Shown here one piece after another: positions 28,967 through 38,787 of a stretch of DNA of 64,000 nucleotides (its first letter is position 1; the number at the start of each line of letters is the position of its first letter). The position numbers and the translations under genes were made by a program. The notes under the pieces were generated by a model. It had not been told where the DNA came from and ran no database searches. It was given only the letters and a program-made list of their open reading frames with translations. Source of the DNA: Arenicellales bacterium (GTDB lineage: Bacteria; Pseudomonadota; Gammaproteobacteria; Arenicellales; JAJDZL01); contig OZ243928.1 in assembly GCA_965213865.1 (NCBI GenBank), positions 2,441,003 through 2,505,002 on the forward strand, in the 5' to 3' direction.

Positions 28967-29695
28967 TCATCTATCGTTTTTTCGTTGGTGCGAAATACTG
29001 GTCTGACGAAAAATATTGCGGCTGGAAATTTTTCGTCCTTCCAGATGGTGTTCCAATGCTCGGGTAAGCAAAGCGCGGCTTTGCTGCTTGACTTCGATTG
29101 AATCAAATATCCCAGTCTGGATTGCAATTAATGTTCGGCCTGAAATCGCTTCGGCATGAGCCGCGTCCGAACGGCAGGCGCCAGCGCCTAAGTTGTAAAT
29201 GTAATGCTGATCGGCGCAAATTGCTGTTTTATGATCATCCTCGGTTTCCAGTGCCAGTCCATAGCCAAGCTCGCGCAGCAGATTCGTTTCGAAAATACGC
29301 AAAATTGAGAATTGATCGGCGCCCTTTTCTGCCAGTGATTGAATAGTTTCGTGATATTCATCATACAGAGGCAAGCAGGGATCGCGATGCGGAACCAGGC
29401 GTGAGATCAATTCATTCACGTAGGAATGGCAATAAAAAACACCCTTTGCAAATGGAACAGCAGACCATTTATTCTCGAAACTCACAAGCGTCGGCACACT
29501 GCCGCGCCCTTTCCAACTCGCTTGGGATTCCGCAAAGGGTCGAATTTTGCCGCGAAACTGCGATTTTGCCCGGCGCGCTCCTTTGGCCAGTATGTTGATC
29601 CGACCGTAGTTTCGAGAAAACAGATAGACGACCAAACTCGTTTCGGAAAACGGGATTGAGTGCAGAACATAACACCGCTCATTGCTGATGCGCAT
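28967..29695 (-). CDS. recO: DNA repair protein RecO
   Basis: 242 aa, MRISNERCYVLHSIPFSETSLVVYLFSRNYGRINILAKGARR... It sits downstream of era as in rnc-era-recO. Confidence 0.92.
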   Translation of the reverse strand: MRISNERCYVLHSIPFSETSLVVYLFSRNYGRINILAKGARRAKSQFRGKIRPFAESQASWKGRGSVPTLVSFENKWSAVPFAKGVFYCHSYVNELISRLVPHRDPCLPLYDEYHETIQSLAEKGADQFSILRIFETNLLRELGYGLALETEDDHKTAICADQHYIYNLGAGACRSDAAHAEAISGRTLIAIQTGIFDSIEVKQQSRALLTRALEHHLEGRKISSRNIFRQTSISHQRKNDR

Positions 29696-29698
29696 GCT

Positions 29699-30640
29699 TT
29701 AACTCAAGTCTGAATAACCGAATTGGGCGATCAATCGCTCATTGCGGGTCCACTGGGATCGGACTTTGGTCCACACATTTAATCGAACTTGCAGGCCAAG
29801 CTCAGATTCCAGCACTGCACGAACTTCCGTACCGATTCGCTTGATCTTGGTGCCGCGCGAGCCGATAATGATCCGTTTTTGGCTCTCAGTTTCCACATAA
29901 ATCAACGCATCGACTTCTAGAGTGTCTGCAATATATTCGTAACGCTCAATCTGGACCGCGCACACGTATGGAATCTCGTCGCCATAGGTTCGAAATATCT
30001 GCTCTCGGATCAATTCAGATGTATGGAAAACCTCATTTTTATCAGTTACAAATTCCACCGGGAAAAGCGCAGAGCCCACTGGCAGCTTGCTGGCAACAAT
30101 CCATTTGAGCTGTTGTAAATTCTGCCGTTTCACAGCGCTGACTGGAACAATATCGGTAATTCCTGTTTCTTGAGCAATCCGTTCTACAACCGGCAACAGC
30201 ATTGATTTTTTCGCAACCCGATCGATTTTAGAGACAGCAATTACACAAGGACAATTTTGTGCTTTGATCCGATGCCAGATCCCACTGTCGCCGATTTGCC
30301 AGCCGCGGTACTCAACCACAAACAATATGAGATCAACTCCAGCGATGCTTGCGGTTGCGGTTTTGTGGATAGCGCGATCAACTCGGCGTTTGCCACTGGC
30401 GTTTATCCCCGGCAAGTCGATGAAGACATACTGACAATTCGAGTCATTCAGCACACCGAGAATCCGATTGCGAGTCGTATTCGCTCTGCGCGATGTGATG
30501 CTGACTTTATGTCCGAGGAGATAGTTGAGCAAAGTCGATTTGCCAACATTGGGCCGGCCGACCAAAGCAATCATCCCGCTGCGATAGTCCGGTGAATTTC
30601 CGCTATTGTGTGAGTTGCTCATAGGCGATTGCAGCCGCAT
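29699..30640 (-). CDS. era: GTPase Era
   Basis: G1 motif GRPNVGKSTLLN, then DLPG, SKID and a C-terminal KH domain. The start could instead be the ATG at 30622. Confidence 0.95.
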   Translation of the reverse strand: MRLQSPMSNSHNSGNSPDYRSGMIALVGRPNVGKSTLLNYLLGHKVSITSRRANTTRNRILGVLNDSNCQYVFIDLPGINASGKRRVDRAIHKTATASIAGVDLILFVVEYRGWQIGDSGIWHRIKAQNCPCVIAVSKIDRVAKKSMLLPVVERIAQETGITDIVPVSAVKRQNLQQLKWIVASKLPVGSALFPVEFVTDKNEVFHTSELIREQIFRTYGDEIPYVCAVQIERYEYIADTLEVDALIYVETESQKRIIIGSRGTKIKRIGTEVRAVLESELGLQVRLNVWTKVRSQWTRNERLIAQFGYSDLS

Positions 30641-31286
30641 TCTGTTCTGCTTCCTTCATGCTGCCGCCTTCTCCGATGACCTTGGATCGCAAGCCTTGAG
30701 CTTGGCAGGCAACGACGAATTTCGGCTTGTGATCGCGACCGGTGGTTTGGATCAGCTCGTATTGAGGAACGGGCTGTGCGCGTTTCTGAAGATATTCCTG
30801 CAATTTTGATTTCGAATTCACTTTAGTCGACTGTTCACCAGACTCGATTGCAGGCAGAATATGGTGATAAATGAATTCTTTGGCAGCACTTATGCCGCCG
30901 TCGAGATAAATCGCGCCAATCAATGCCTCAACAGCGTTTGCAAGCAAGTTTCTGCTTGCGGTTTCGTTGCCCCACGGAAAGCCTTTGTTCACTTGCACAT
31001 AGTTATGCAGAGCCATCTGTGCGCCAATTCGGCAAAGCGAATTCTGATTGTTCACAATACGAGAACGCCGGAGGGACAGCTCTCCCTCGGATGCATCTGC
31101 ATAGCGCAAGTAAAGATATTCGGATACGACAGCTCCAAGTGTCGCATCGCCAAGAAATTCAAGTCGCTCGTTATGCAGTTTTTGCGTACTGCTGTGAGTC
31201 AAGGCCTGGCGCAAAAGATCGATGTTTTCAAACTGATATTGAATCGAATCTGAGAATCGCTTGAGTCGTATGCTGTCCACTGCCAA
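30603..31286 (-). CDS. rnc: ribonuclease III
   Basis: RNase III signature ERLEFLGDATLG plus a C-terminal dsRBD (PKFVVACQAQG...GEGGSMKEAEQNAA). Confidence 0.96.
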   Translation of the reverse strand: MAVDSIRLKRFSDSIQYQFENIDLLRQALTHSSTQKLHNERLEFLGDATLGAVVSEYLYLRYADASEGELSLRRSRIVNNQNSLCRIGAQMALHNYVQVNKGFPWGNETASRNLLANAVEALIGAIYLDGGISAAKEFIYHHILPAIESGEQSTKVNSKSKLQEYLQKRAQPVPQYELIQTTGRDHKPKFVVACQAQGLRSKVIGEGGSMKEAEQNAAAIAYEQLTQ

Positions 31287-31351
31287 ACACAGTTATGAGA
31301 ATTTTTCAATCCCATTCAGCTCACAGGCGCAAGTCAGCTCGAGCGGAGTGT

Positions 31352-32161
31352 TTAATGAATCGGGTGCCCAATCCGACTCCACCCGATCCCCTCGCCGTCG
31401 CGATAATTCCAGCTGAACCAAACGAGAAAAGCCTTGCCGACAATATTCTGCTCTGGAACAAATCCCCAGAAACGGCTGTCATTGCTATGGTCGCGATTGT
31501 CACCGAGGACAAAATAATGTTCAGTCGGGACGGTGAAACGCAAATTCAGGGAAGGTCGCTTGTCATCATGCAGAATCATGAACTCGCTGTCGGCAGCAAA
31601 AGACTCAGACAGCACTGTCAATTGCAGTCGACTCGAATTGCTGGCGCGTTCATTCGAGACGCTGTAGCGGCCAACGCTGCTTTGCTCAACCTCGACTCCA
31701 TTGACGAACACCCTTTTGTCCTGATAAACAATCTCATCACCGGGCAAGCCGATCACCCTTTTGATGTAGTTGATGTTCTTGTCATGCGGATAACGAAACA
31801 CCAGCACATCTCCGTAAGCAGGTCTGTCAACTTCGATCACTTTGTCATTCAAAACAGGCAGTCGCAGTCCATATTCGTATTTGTTGACGAGAATAAAATC
31901 ACCGATCTGCAAAGTCGGCAGCATAGAGCCCGACGGAATTCGAAATGGCTCAGCAACGAAAGAGCGCAAAACAAAAACAACCAGCAGCACTGGGAAAAAG
32001 GAACGGGCAAAGTCGATCAGCCAAGGCCGCTTGATCACCATTTCACCATCCGCCGAAATTTTTGAATGGCGCATTCGTGCAATGAATCTGGCAATCAGGT
32101 CGATAAACCAAATCAGACCGGTCACAGCCAGCGTCACTGCGAGTATAAGTTCAAAATTCAT
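31352..32161 (-). CDS. lepB: signal peptidase I
   Basis: 269 aa with an N-terminal TM segment and SGSMLPTL, RGDVLVF-like GDVLVFRYP, GDNRDHSNDSR boxes. Confidence 0.95.
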   Translation of the reverse strand: MNFELILAVTLAVTGLIWFIDLIARFIARMRHSKISADGEMVIKRPWLIDFARSFFPVLLVVFVLRSFVAEPFRIPSGSMLPTLQIGDFILVNKYEYGLRLPVLNDKVIEVDRPAYGDVLVFRYPHDKNINYIKRVIGLPGDEIVYQDKRVFVNGVEVEQSSVGRYSVSNERASNSSRLQLTVLSESFAADSEFMILHDDKRPSLNLRFTVPTEHYFVLGDNRDHSNDSRFWGFVPEQNIVGKAFLVWFSWNYRDGEGIGWSRIGHPIH

Positions 32162-32934
32162 GATTTATGCCATTGCGGAGCAATCCGATGCCGCCTGTGT
32201 ATTTTCAAAAAACCAATGTCAATCAGCGATTTCGTGCCTGTTCCAATCGAAATCCCTGATTGCTCACTGCGGCAAACAGTTTCAAAGCACAAATCATTGT
32301 TTCAGAGAAACTGCTGAATCTGAATTGAGCACAAAAATGACGCACCGAGAATACTATCAGCTATTTGCCAGTATGCAAACGCGAGGGAGGTGATTCGTCC
32401 GACTCCGGGATGAGCGCAGAAAAATCAATTGTCGCGAACTTCGAAATCGTAATTATAACGCAGGCAAAGGGGTGGCAGCGGCACCGATTTTTTTTAGGTG
32501 AGGGATATTATGGATAGGAAAAACTTTTGTTCTTGACCTGGAGAAACGCTCGCTGATCGTTGATAAAGCCAGCGGCCTTATATAATCTCTATTGAATCAT
32601 CAATCAGTCAGTGAAACTTGACAGTTCGTGATATGCTTTGATGCAGTGATTTGGACGATCAGGCTGCTGCGATTTCTCCCAACGCAAAAGCAAGCGATTC
32701 ACCCATCCATTTATTTGATATTTTCGAAGCCAGACATGCGAATACATCAGCTATATGGAATCAAGATTTTTCCCGAAACCGACTCCTGCGAAACCTCTTG
32801 CTGCGAAGCCGCGGCCAGCTCAAACTGATCCCGTCTGCACCATTTTCCTTGTCGATTTGGCCTGCAGCATGCAAAGCGCAGTCATACAACCGCCGTGATA
32901 AAATTTGTTTGAGTCGATCGAAACAGCAAATCCT

Positions 32935-34245
32935 ATGAGTCAAGAGCATTTTGCTAAACCGCCCCCTGCCGAACCCAAGCCCGAGACAGCCTGGCTGAGG
33001 CGATCAGATCGTTCAGATGGGAAGCGTGAGCCTTTCTTTTTCGGACGAGATCATGAGTATGCAGTTTTTCGATCCGCCGTCATTTCTCTTCAGGACGGTG
33101 AAATCGGCGGGGGCACAATGATATTCCAAGGCGCTCCCGGCGCTGGAAAATCGGCACTGATGTTTGAGTGCATCGAAGCTGTCCGGAGACATTCAACGCC
33201 TGAGTATCCATGGATCACTGTCTCTTTGAATCCTTCAACGCTGAAATCTGCAGCGCATACGATAGCGTTGATCGTCAATGCCGCCAATGCCGAGAGCGAA
33301 AGACTCGCCAAAGCTGCGTCAGGTGCAGTATCGACTGAACTTCGAGAATTTCTTAAACTAGGCCGCAGGATTATTGATGAATTCTCTCTTCGGGGAATCG
33401 GCATCGGCGGCTTTTCGATCGGTGGCAAACCGCAGAGCGATGACACTCAGGCATCTGAGCTGCCAGCAGAATGGGTATTCAGCGAAACAGCCCCTTTTCT
33501 AAAAAATTTTCATTTCGTTATTTTTGTTGATGAAGCGCAAAACATCCCAATTGGTGAAATGACAGCCGGTGTTCTTGACAGTCTGCATCGAAAATCGGAA
33601 GGAATACCGCTAGTCGCTGCATTTTTCGGCCTAAGCGATACTGAAAAAGTGCTGAATTCATGTGGCTTATCAAGGTTTCCGCGCAATCGAGTTGTTAATC
33701 TGGAACCTCTTTCCATTATGGAAGCGGCAGCTTCATTCAGACGCATGATCAACACCTACTACCGCGGCAGCAATGATGAAAAAAGCCACTGGGCTGGTGC
33801 ATTGGCTGAATTGTCTCAAGGATGGCCGCAGCATATCAGCGGAATCGGCAGTACCGCAGGCCAAATAATTCGCGCCAATGGCGGGTATCTGAAACACCCT
33901 CTGCTAGAGCAGGCTCTGGCAGAGGGTGCGAATCAAAAAAATGAATATTATTTCCACCGGCTGAATACGGGCAAGTATCCCCCGCGGGTATACAGACAGC
34001 TCGCACTGGCGGCTGGCAAAAAGCAAGGCGACTTGGCTGGAATTGTGACTTACGAGGAAGTGGACAGTTTGACAGAATCAGTTAGACGAAAGCGTAATCA
34101 AACGGTCGATGAGTTTGTCACGACTGCATTGCACGCTGGAATATTGGCGCCAGCGAAAAGCCTGCCTTATCACTACTGTTTTCCGATTCCTTCTTTAGGC
34201 GATTACTTAAGAGCGCTGCCGCCAACAACGCCAGATACGCTCTGA
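32935..34245 (+). CDS. orphan AAA_16/ATPase_2-like P-loop NTPase, paralog 1 (intact)
   Basis: N-terminal EPFFFGRDHEYAVFRSA, Walker A GAPGAGKSAL, Walker B VIFVDEAQN, LSQGWPQH and C-terminal FPIPSLGDYL. The ATG at 32935 aligns with the paralog at 47355. Confidence 0.75.
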   Translation: MSQEHFAKPPPAEPKPETAWLRRSDRSDGKREPFFFGRDHEYAVFRSAVISLQDGEIGGGTMIFQGAPGAGKSALMFECIEAVRRHSTPEYPWITVSLNPSTLKSAAHTIALIVNAANAESERLAKAASGAVSTELREFLKLGRRIIDEFSLRGIGIGGFSIGGKPQSDDTQASELPAEWVFSETAPFLKNFHFVIFVDEAQNIPIGEMTAGVLDSLHRKSEGIPLVAAFFGLSDTEKVLNSCGLSRFPRNRVVNLEPLSIMEAAASFRRMINTYYRGSNDEKSHWAGALAELSQGWPQHISGIGSTAGQIIRANGGYLKHPLLEQALAEGANQKNEYYFHRLNTGKYPPRVYRQLALAAGKKQGDLAGIVTYEEVDSLTESVRRKRNQTVDEFVTTALHAGILAPAKSLPYHYCFPIPSLGDYLRALPPTTPDTL

Positions 34246-34520
34246 CTCCTGAATGCTCATGGCAAGGCTCATCGAATATCAAGTGATGCAACTGAGGCTG
34301 CAACGTTTCAGCTTGCTGCGCGCACCAGCCGCGGCGAGTCGGCAGTGGATCTTTGCCGTCAGTCGGTCTTGGTCGACTGGCCGGGCACTGGCCGACACCT
34401 CTCGCTGCACCTCCCCAAGGATTTCCATACAGCAATTCAAACACTGCTGAAGCATCAAGCTGATCTTGAGTGCGGCGATGTTCAGTCCGCTGCCCTGGCA
34501 CGGCTAGGCATAGATGCCGC

Positions 34521-35555
34521 CTATGGACAATCGCATCGGCGAGCCGCTCCGCGGATAACCGATTTATAGGCAATTGCATCGGCAATGGCGTGCACAGTCT
34601 GGGGCGGCACCTCGCCCATCACCGTAATCTGATAGTCATCCATTATTTTTCCGAAGGCGCTGACTGCACCCAGTCGACTGAAGCCGTCAAAATTTGGATG
34701 ATCCTCCGGCTCCATATATTTGTGGATAGTGACCATGACTGACACCAAACCATCGGAAAAAAACAGTTTTTCATCCAGCACATCGGATGCCACACTGTTC
34801 AGGTGCTTGATTTTTTTAAACCCATCCGGCATCATATTGACAGACCAGTTGGAGCGGCTGCTGATTTCCCTGGTATCCGGCGCATCGAAGAACCAGCGAT
34901 AGTTTTTGCCGGAGAATGTCGGCTGAATCTGCAGTTTTGCCGGAGTTTCAAAGATCTCGATCTCAACGAAACTGTAGCTGTCGATTACTTGTCCAGCCGT
35001 GTCGATTAAATCTGACCGCAACAGCAGATCGGTGTGCTCATCCACCCACAGATGGAGGCTGTAGCGATATTCATCTTTGGCGGTCATCGCAATATGAGTT
35101 GCCCAGCGCCCGGCAACCCGAGTGCGTTCCAAAAGACTGATTGAGTAAATTTTGGAGAGCTGGTCAAAGTTCAATTCCTCAATAAACGGAATGCGAATTT
35201 GAACTTGAGGAATTGGCTTGTAATAACCCTGTTTCTTTTCGGGAAAGTAGCACCACACGCCTTCGTTGCTGCGAATGATTTCTGACGGCATGCCATCCAG
35301 TGCTGAAATCCGCTCCAGAAAGCCGTTGTGATATACAGATCTCGCGATCTGCAGGGTTTCCATCGTTGTCCCCTGCGTGTAGGTTATGGTTCCCTGAAAA
35401 CTCAGTGTGTTTGCTGCGCTGCTGATGCGTGGCAGCAATTCATCCAGTGGACTGATGACCGGTGTCGCGCTGGACGGCATGCTGCAGAACGCGGCCATGA
35501 AGGTCATGCAAATGACAACTTTTGCAACTGAATTTTTCATGGCGTTAGCTTTCAA
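34521..35555 (-). CDS. rseB: sigma-E regulatory protein RseB/MucB
   Basis: 344 aa with a signal peptide, the LSFQGTITY motif and C-terminal VMGEVPPQT. It follows rseA. Confidence 0.88.
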   Translation of the reverse strand: MKANAMKNSVAKVVICMTFMAAFCSMPSSATPVISPLDELLPRISSAANTLSFQGTITYTQGTTMETLQIARSVYHNGFLERISALDGMPSEIIRSNEGVWCYFPEKKQGYYKPIPQVQIRIPFIEELNFDQLSKIYSISLLERTRVAGRWATHIAMTAKDEYRYSLHLWVDEHTDLLLRSDLIDTAGQVIDSYSFVEIEIFETPAKLQIQPTFSGKNYRWFFDAPDTREISSRSNWSVNMMPDGFKKIKHLNSVASDVLDEKLFFSDGLVSVMVTIHKYMEPEDHPNFDGFSRLGAVSAFGKIMDDYQITVMGEVPPQTVHAIADAIAYKSVIRGAARRCDCP

Positions 35556-35580
35556 GAATAAGATTCAGTCAATCAGCGTA

Positions 35581-36150
35581 TTACTCGCTGTAACTGACTA
35601 GAAGAGCATCGGCTTTGCTTGCAATTCTTGAGATGTTTGTCACTTCACTCAGATTCAGCAAGGACTGATTGAGATGCTGCTCAATCTTGGCATTCTTCTC
35701 AATGCTGGGCGGCTGCCAGCTCAGTGCGGTCTGGACCGCCTCGGCATTCACCGCGGCGATTTGCAATTTGGCGGATGAATCTAGCAAATCATTGGCAAAA
35801 AAGCCAATGACCAGCGCAGCAGCCATGGCTGTTGCGGTCACCGCTCCGCCATATTGCCTCAGCGAAGGAAAGTCAAACAGCTTTGCAATATCAAGACGTT
35901 TTCGCAGCTTGGCAGATCGATTGAGGGATGTCAGTACCGCTGGATGCTGTTCAGTCTCATCTCGGAAAGAGGCTGCAATTTGGACAGCAGAACACTGCCC
36001 GCGAACTGCCAGTCGAATCATGTGAAGTCTGGAAAAATCAGATCTGAGCTGCGGACTGCCGGACATTTCCTCCAAGATACAGTCCAACTCTTCGTCTGAA
36101 AGTTCTCCATCAAGGAGTGCTGAGAGCTTTTCGTTCATATTCTCATCCAT
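35581..36150 (-). CDS. rseA: anti-sigma-E factor RseA/MucA
   Basis: The N-terminus LSALLDGELSDEELD is typical of the RseA_N domain. There is a central TM segment, and the gene is adjacent to rpoE. Confidence 0.88.
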   Translation of the reverse strand: MDENMNEKLSALLDGELSDEELDCILEEMSGSPQLRSDFSRLHMIRLAVRGQCSAVQIAASFRDETEQHPAVLTSLNRSAKLRKRLDIAKLFDFPSLRQYGGAVTATAMAAALVIGFFANDLLDSSAKLQIAAVNAEAVQTALSWQPPSIEKNAKIEQHLNQSLLNLSEVTNISRIASKADALLVSYSE

Positions 36151-36153
36151 ATT

Positions 36154-36822
36154 TCAGGTGTCATGGGGTTGTGCGTCTTCATTGGCCCACTGAGCCAATT
36201 CAGCATAAATCGTCTTGCGAGCGCGATGCAGGCGTGTCTTGACCGTGTCCAGTCGAATATTCACTGTATCTGCGATTTGATCGTAACTCATGCCTTCACG
36301 CTCTCGAAGCCAGAACACTTCCTGCAGCGTCTCCGGCATTTTCTTGATAATTTCGTACACTTTCTCAACTTGCTCTTTGGCCTCAAACTCACTCTCGGGG
36401 TCATCATTATTGATCGTTGATGCCGGTGTTTTCAGCGGAACCTGACCGTCATCTTCCAATTCGGCGCCCGAAAAATCTCGCAGCGAATAATTGGCTTCAT
36501 GCTTGGCATGTTTCTTGATCTGGTTTTTGAAATGGTTTTGAGTAATCGAGAACAGCCAAGTCGATAGTTTACTGTTGCCGCGAAATTGATGGATATTCTT
36601 CCAAAATTTGACCAAGACATCCTGCACGATATCTTCTGCCTCGTCTCCCCGAAGCGGCGCCCCGCCCAAATATTTGCGCTCCAGGCCTTTCACCCACATA
36701 AGAATTCTCGGTCGAAAAGCGATGGCCAGCGTTTCATATGCTCTTTGGTCGCCTTTTTTTGCGCGCTCCAGAAGCGCATTGAGGGTCTTCTCATTCAGGC
36801 TTGATGTACTGACTCTATTCAT
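36154..36822 (-). CDS. rpoE: RNA polymerase sigma-E (ECF sigma-24, RpoE/AlgU)
   Basis: Region 2 is DIVQDVLVKFWKNIHQFRG and region 4 is MSYDQIADTVNIRLDTVKTRLHRARK. The internal ATG (MNRVSTSSLNEK...) is preferred over the track start at 36843. Confidence 0.92.
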   Translation of the reverse strand: MNRVSTSSLNEKTLNALLERAKKGDQRAYETLAIAFRPRILMWVKGLERKYLGGAPLRGDEAEDIVQDVLVKFWKNIHQFRGNSKLSTWLFSITQNHFKNQIKKHAKHEANYSLRDFSGAELEDDGQVPLKTPASTINNDDPESEFEAKEQVEKVYEIIKKMPETLQEVFWLREREGMSYDQIADTVNIRLDTVKTRLHRARKTIYAELAQWANEDAQPHDT

Positions 36823-36871
36823 GATCACAATCGATATGCACAAAGCAGCGCAACCAATCCTGCTGTTGGTG

Positions 36872-36898
36872 TTAGACTAATAGGATGTGAGAATGTTC
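36872..36898 (-). promoter_or_regulatory. candidate sigma-E-dependent (autoregulated) promoter of rpoE
   Basis: The minus strand reads ttGAACattctcacatcctattagTCTAAc. GAAC and TCTAA are 18 nt apart, the same spacing as I recall for E. coli rpoE P2 (GGAACTT...TCTAA). The -10 element lies about 50 nt upstream of ATG 36822. Confidence 0.5.
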
Positions 36899-37121
36899 AA
36901 TTTTAGGCCGTTTCTTCGCGCAGTGTCTAAGCGATTGAATTTAATCGTGCAATGCGACGTAAAATTTTTTCTAATGGAATCCGGCAAAGATGACTTTGCG
37001 CCCGACTCGACGCACAGCAATTGACCCACGCTGATGCCGCCATTATAGAATTACGAGCAATGGTTGATTATTCCACACAGCAGCGAGGCAAGACATCCTG
37101 AACAGCTCATTCGACATCATT

Positions 37122-38711
37122 GTGATTGGCGGCGGCTTGTCCGGCCTGACCGTTGCCCTGAAGTGTGCGCAGCATGGTTTTCGCGTTGCAATCGTCACCA
37201 AAGAGCAGCTGACCGAAAGCTCCAGCTATTATGCGCAGGGCGGCATCGCCGCGGTCTGGCATCTGCGTGACTCGTTTGACGCCCATATTGAGGACACCAT
37301 GAATGCCGGCGCCGGCCTATGCGATCGCAAGCGAGTTGAGCATGTTGTTCAGCAAGGCCCCAAATCGATTCGCTGGCTGGTCGACAATGGTGTTCTTTTC
37401 AGTCACCGCGACGCATTGTCGGGGCATCCGGATGAGCTTCATCTGACACAGGAAGGCGGCCATAGCGCCAGGCGTGTCATTCACGCCGCAGATGCAACAG
37501 GACGCAGTGTTGAGACGACATTGGAGACCAAAGTTCGAGAAAATGAAAATATCCTGATTTTTGAGAATTTTATCGCGATTGAGCTGATCACTGCTCGTAA
37601 GTTGAGTTTGCCAGACACCCCGAATCGCTGCCTGGGCCTGTACGCACTTGATGCGGACGGCGAGCAGGTGCATACTATGATTGCGAATGCGGTGGTGCTG
37701 GCCACCGGCGGAGCCTCCAAGTCTTATCTTTACACCAGCAATCCAGACACCTCAACTGGTGATGGCATCGCAATGGCATGGCGCGCCGGCTGTCGGGTTT
37801 CCAATATGGAATTTGTACAGTTCCATCCGACCTGTCTGTATCACCCGCAAGCGAAGTCTTTTTTGATCTCTGAGGCAGTGCGAGGCGAAGGCGGCAGACT
37901 GCTGCTGCCTGATGGATCAGCTTTCATGCACAAATATGACAAGCGCAAAGAACTGGCGCCCCGTGACATTGTGGCTCGCGCGATTGACCATGAAATGAAA
38001 CTCGGCGGCCATGACAGTGTGTTTCTGGATATCTCAATGAAGTCCCCCGTGTTCATCGAAACTCACTTCCCGACGATTCACAAGCGATGTCTTGAGCTTG
38101 GAATAGACATCACCAAGCAGCCAGTGCCGGTTGTGCCTGCTGCACACTATACCTGCGGCGGTGTGGTCATTGATTTTGCCAGCCGCACGGACCTTGCGGG
38201 TCTGTACTGCGTAGGCGAAAGCGCCTGCAGCGGATTGCATGGGGCCAACCGCTTGGCCAGCAACTCGCTTTTAGAGTGCATTGTTTGCGCCGATGCCGCA
38301 TTTCGAGATATTGTTGAGCGCAGCGACAAGACTCAATTCACCGATTTGGAAGTGCCTGGCTGGGACGAGTCTCAGGTGACAGATCCGGATGAGCTGATTG
38401 TCATCTCGCACAATTGGGAGGAATTGCGCAGATTCATGTGGGACTATGTTGGGATCGTACGCTCAGACAAGCGCTTGCAGCGCGCATTGCGCCGAGTCGA
38501 TATGCTGAATGAGGAAGTACGGGATTTTTATCAGAAATTTCGTGTCAGCCGCGACCTGATCGAATTACGCAATCTAGTGCAGGTGGCAGAGTTGATTGTG
38601 CGCTGCGCCTTGGACCGCAAAGAAAGTCGCGGGCTGCACTGTACGCTGGATTACCCGGAAACCCTTCCCGGGGAGGCACGAAATACGATTATGGATCCGC
38701 TTGGCGAATAA
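37122..38711 (+). CDS. nadB: L-aspartate oxidase. The true start is probably upstream at a non-canonical codon.
   Basis: 529 aa, closely patterned on NadB (YAQGGIAAV, GGHSARRVIHAADATG, HYTCGGV, GLHGANRLASNSLLE, RKESRGLH). The GTG track start cuts into the Rossmann beta1 strand (FDIIVIGGG). Confidence 0.93.
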   Translation: MIGGGLSGLTVALKCAQHGFRVAIVTKEQLTESSSYYAQGGIAAVWHLRDSFDAHIEDTMNAGAGLCDRKRVEHVVQQGPKSIRWLVDNGVLFSHRDALSGHPDELHLTQEGGHSARRVIHAADATGRSVETTLETKVRENENILIFENFIAIELITARKLSLPDTPNRCLGLYALDADGEQVHTMIANAVVLATGGASKSYLYTSNPDTSTGDGIAMAWRAGCRVSNMEFVQFHPTCLYHPQAKSFLISEAVRGEGGRLLLPDGSAFMHKYDKRKELAPRDIVARAIDHEMKLGGHDSVFLDISMKSPVFIETHFPTIHKRCLELGIDITKQPVPVVPAAHYTCGGVVIDFASRTDLAGLYCVGESACSGLHGANRLASNSLLECIVCADAAFRDIVERSDKTQFTDLEVPGWDESQVTDPDELIVISHNWEELRRFMWDYVGIVRSDKRLQRALRRVDMLNEEVRDFYQKFRVSRDLIELRNLVQVAELIVRCALDRKESRGLHCTLDYPETLPGEARNTIMDPLGE

Positions 38712-38787
38712 CGCCGGCATGAGCATTGCCCGATCGCAAATGCATTCGAGCCGGCACTCGCGCTGTAACCGCCGTATATGGATCAGA

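Noticed and set aside
32162-32934. The 770-bp gap upstream of lepB and NTPase paralog 1 was examined for an sRNA or retron-like ncRNA. It contains a weak hairpin plus T8 at about 32470-32495 and sigma70-like hexamers near 32560-32586.
   Set aside because: The stem is only 4-5 bp, the promoter hexamer spacing is off consensus, and no reverse transcriptase or known ncRNA signature is present. I left it unannotated.
34118-34585. A 155-aa minus-strand ORF, and plus-strand ORFs 34253..34450 and 34345..34569, in the gap between NTPase paralog 1 and rseB.
   Set aside because: They overlap the ends of two supported genes. The translations are Arg/Pro/Gln-rich without motifs, and I found no RseC, DegP or LepA similarity on inspection.
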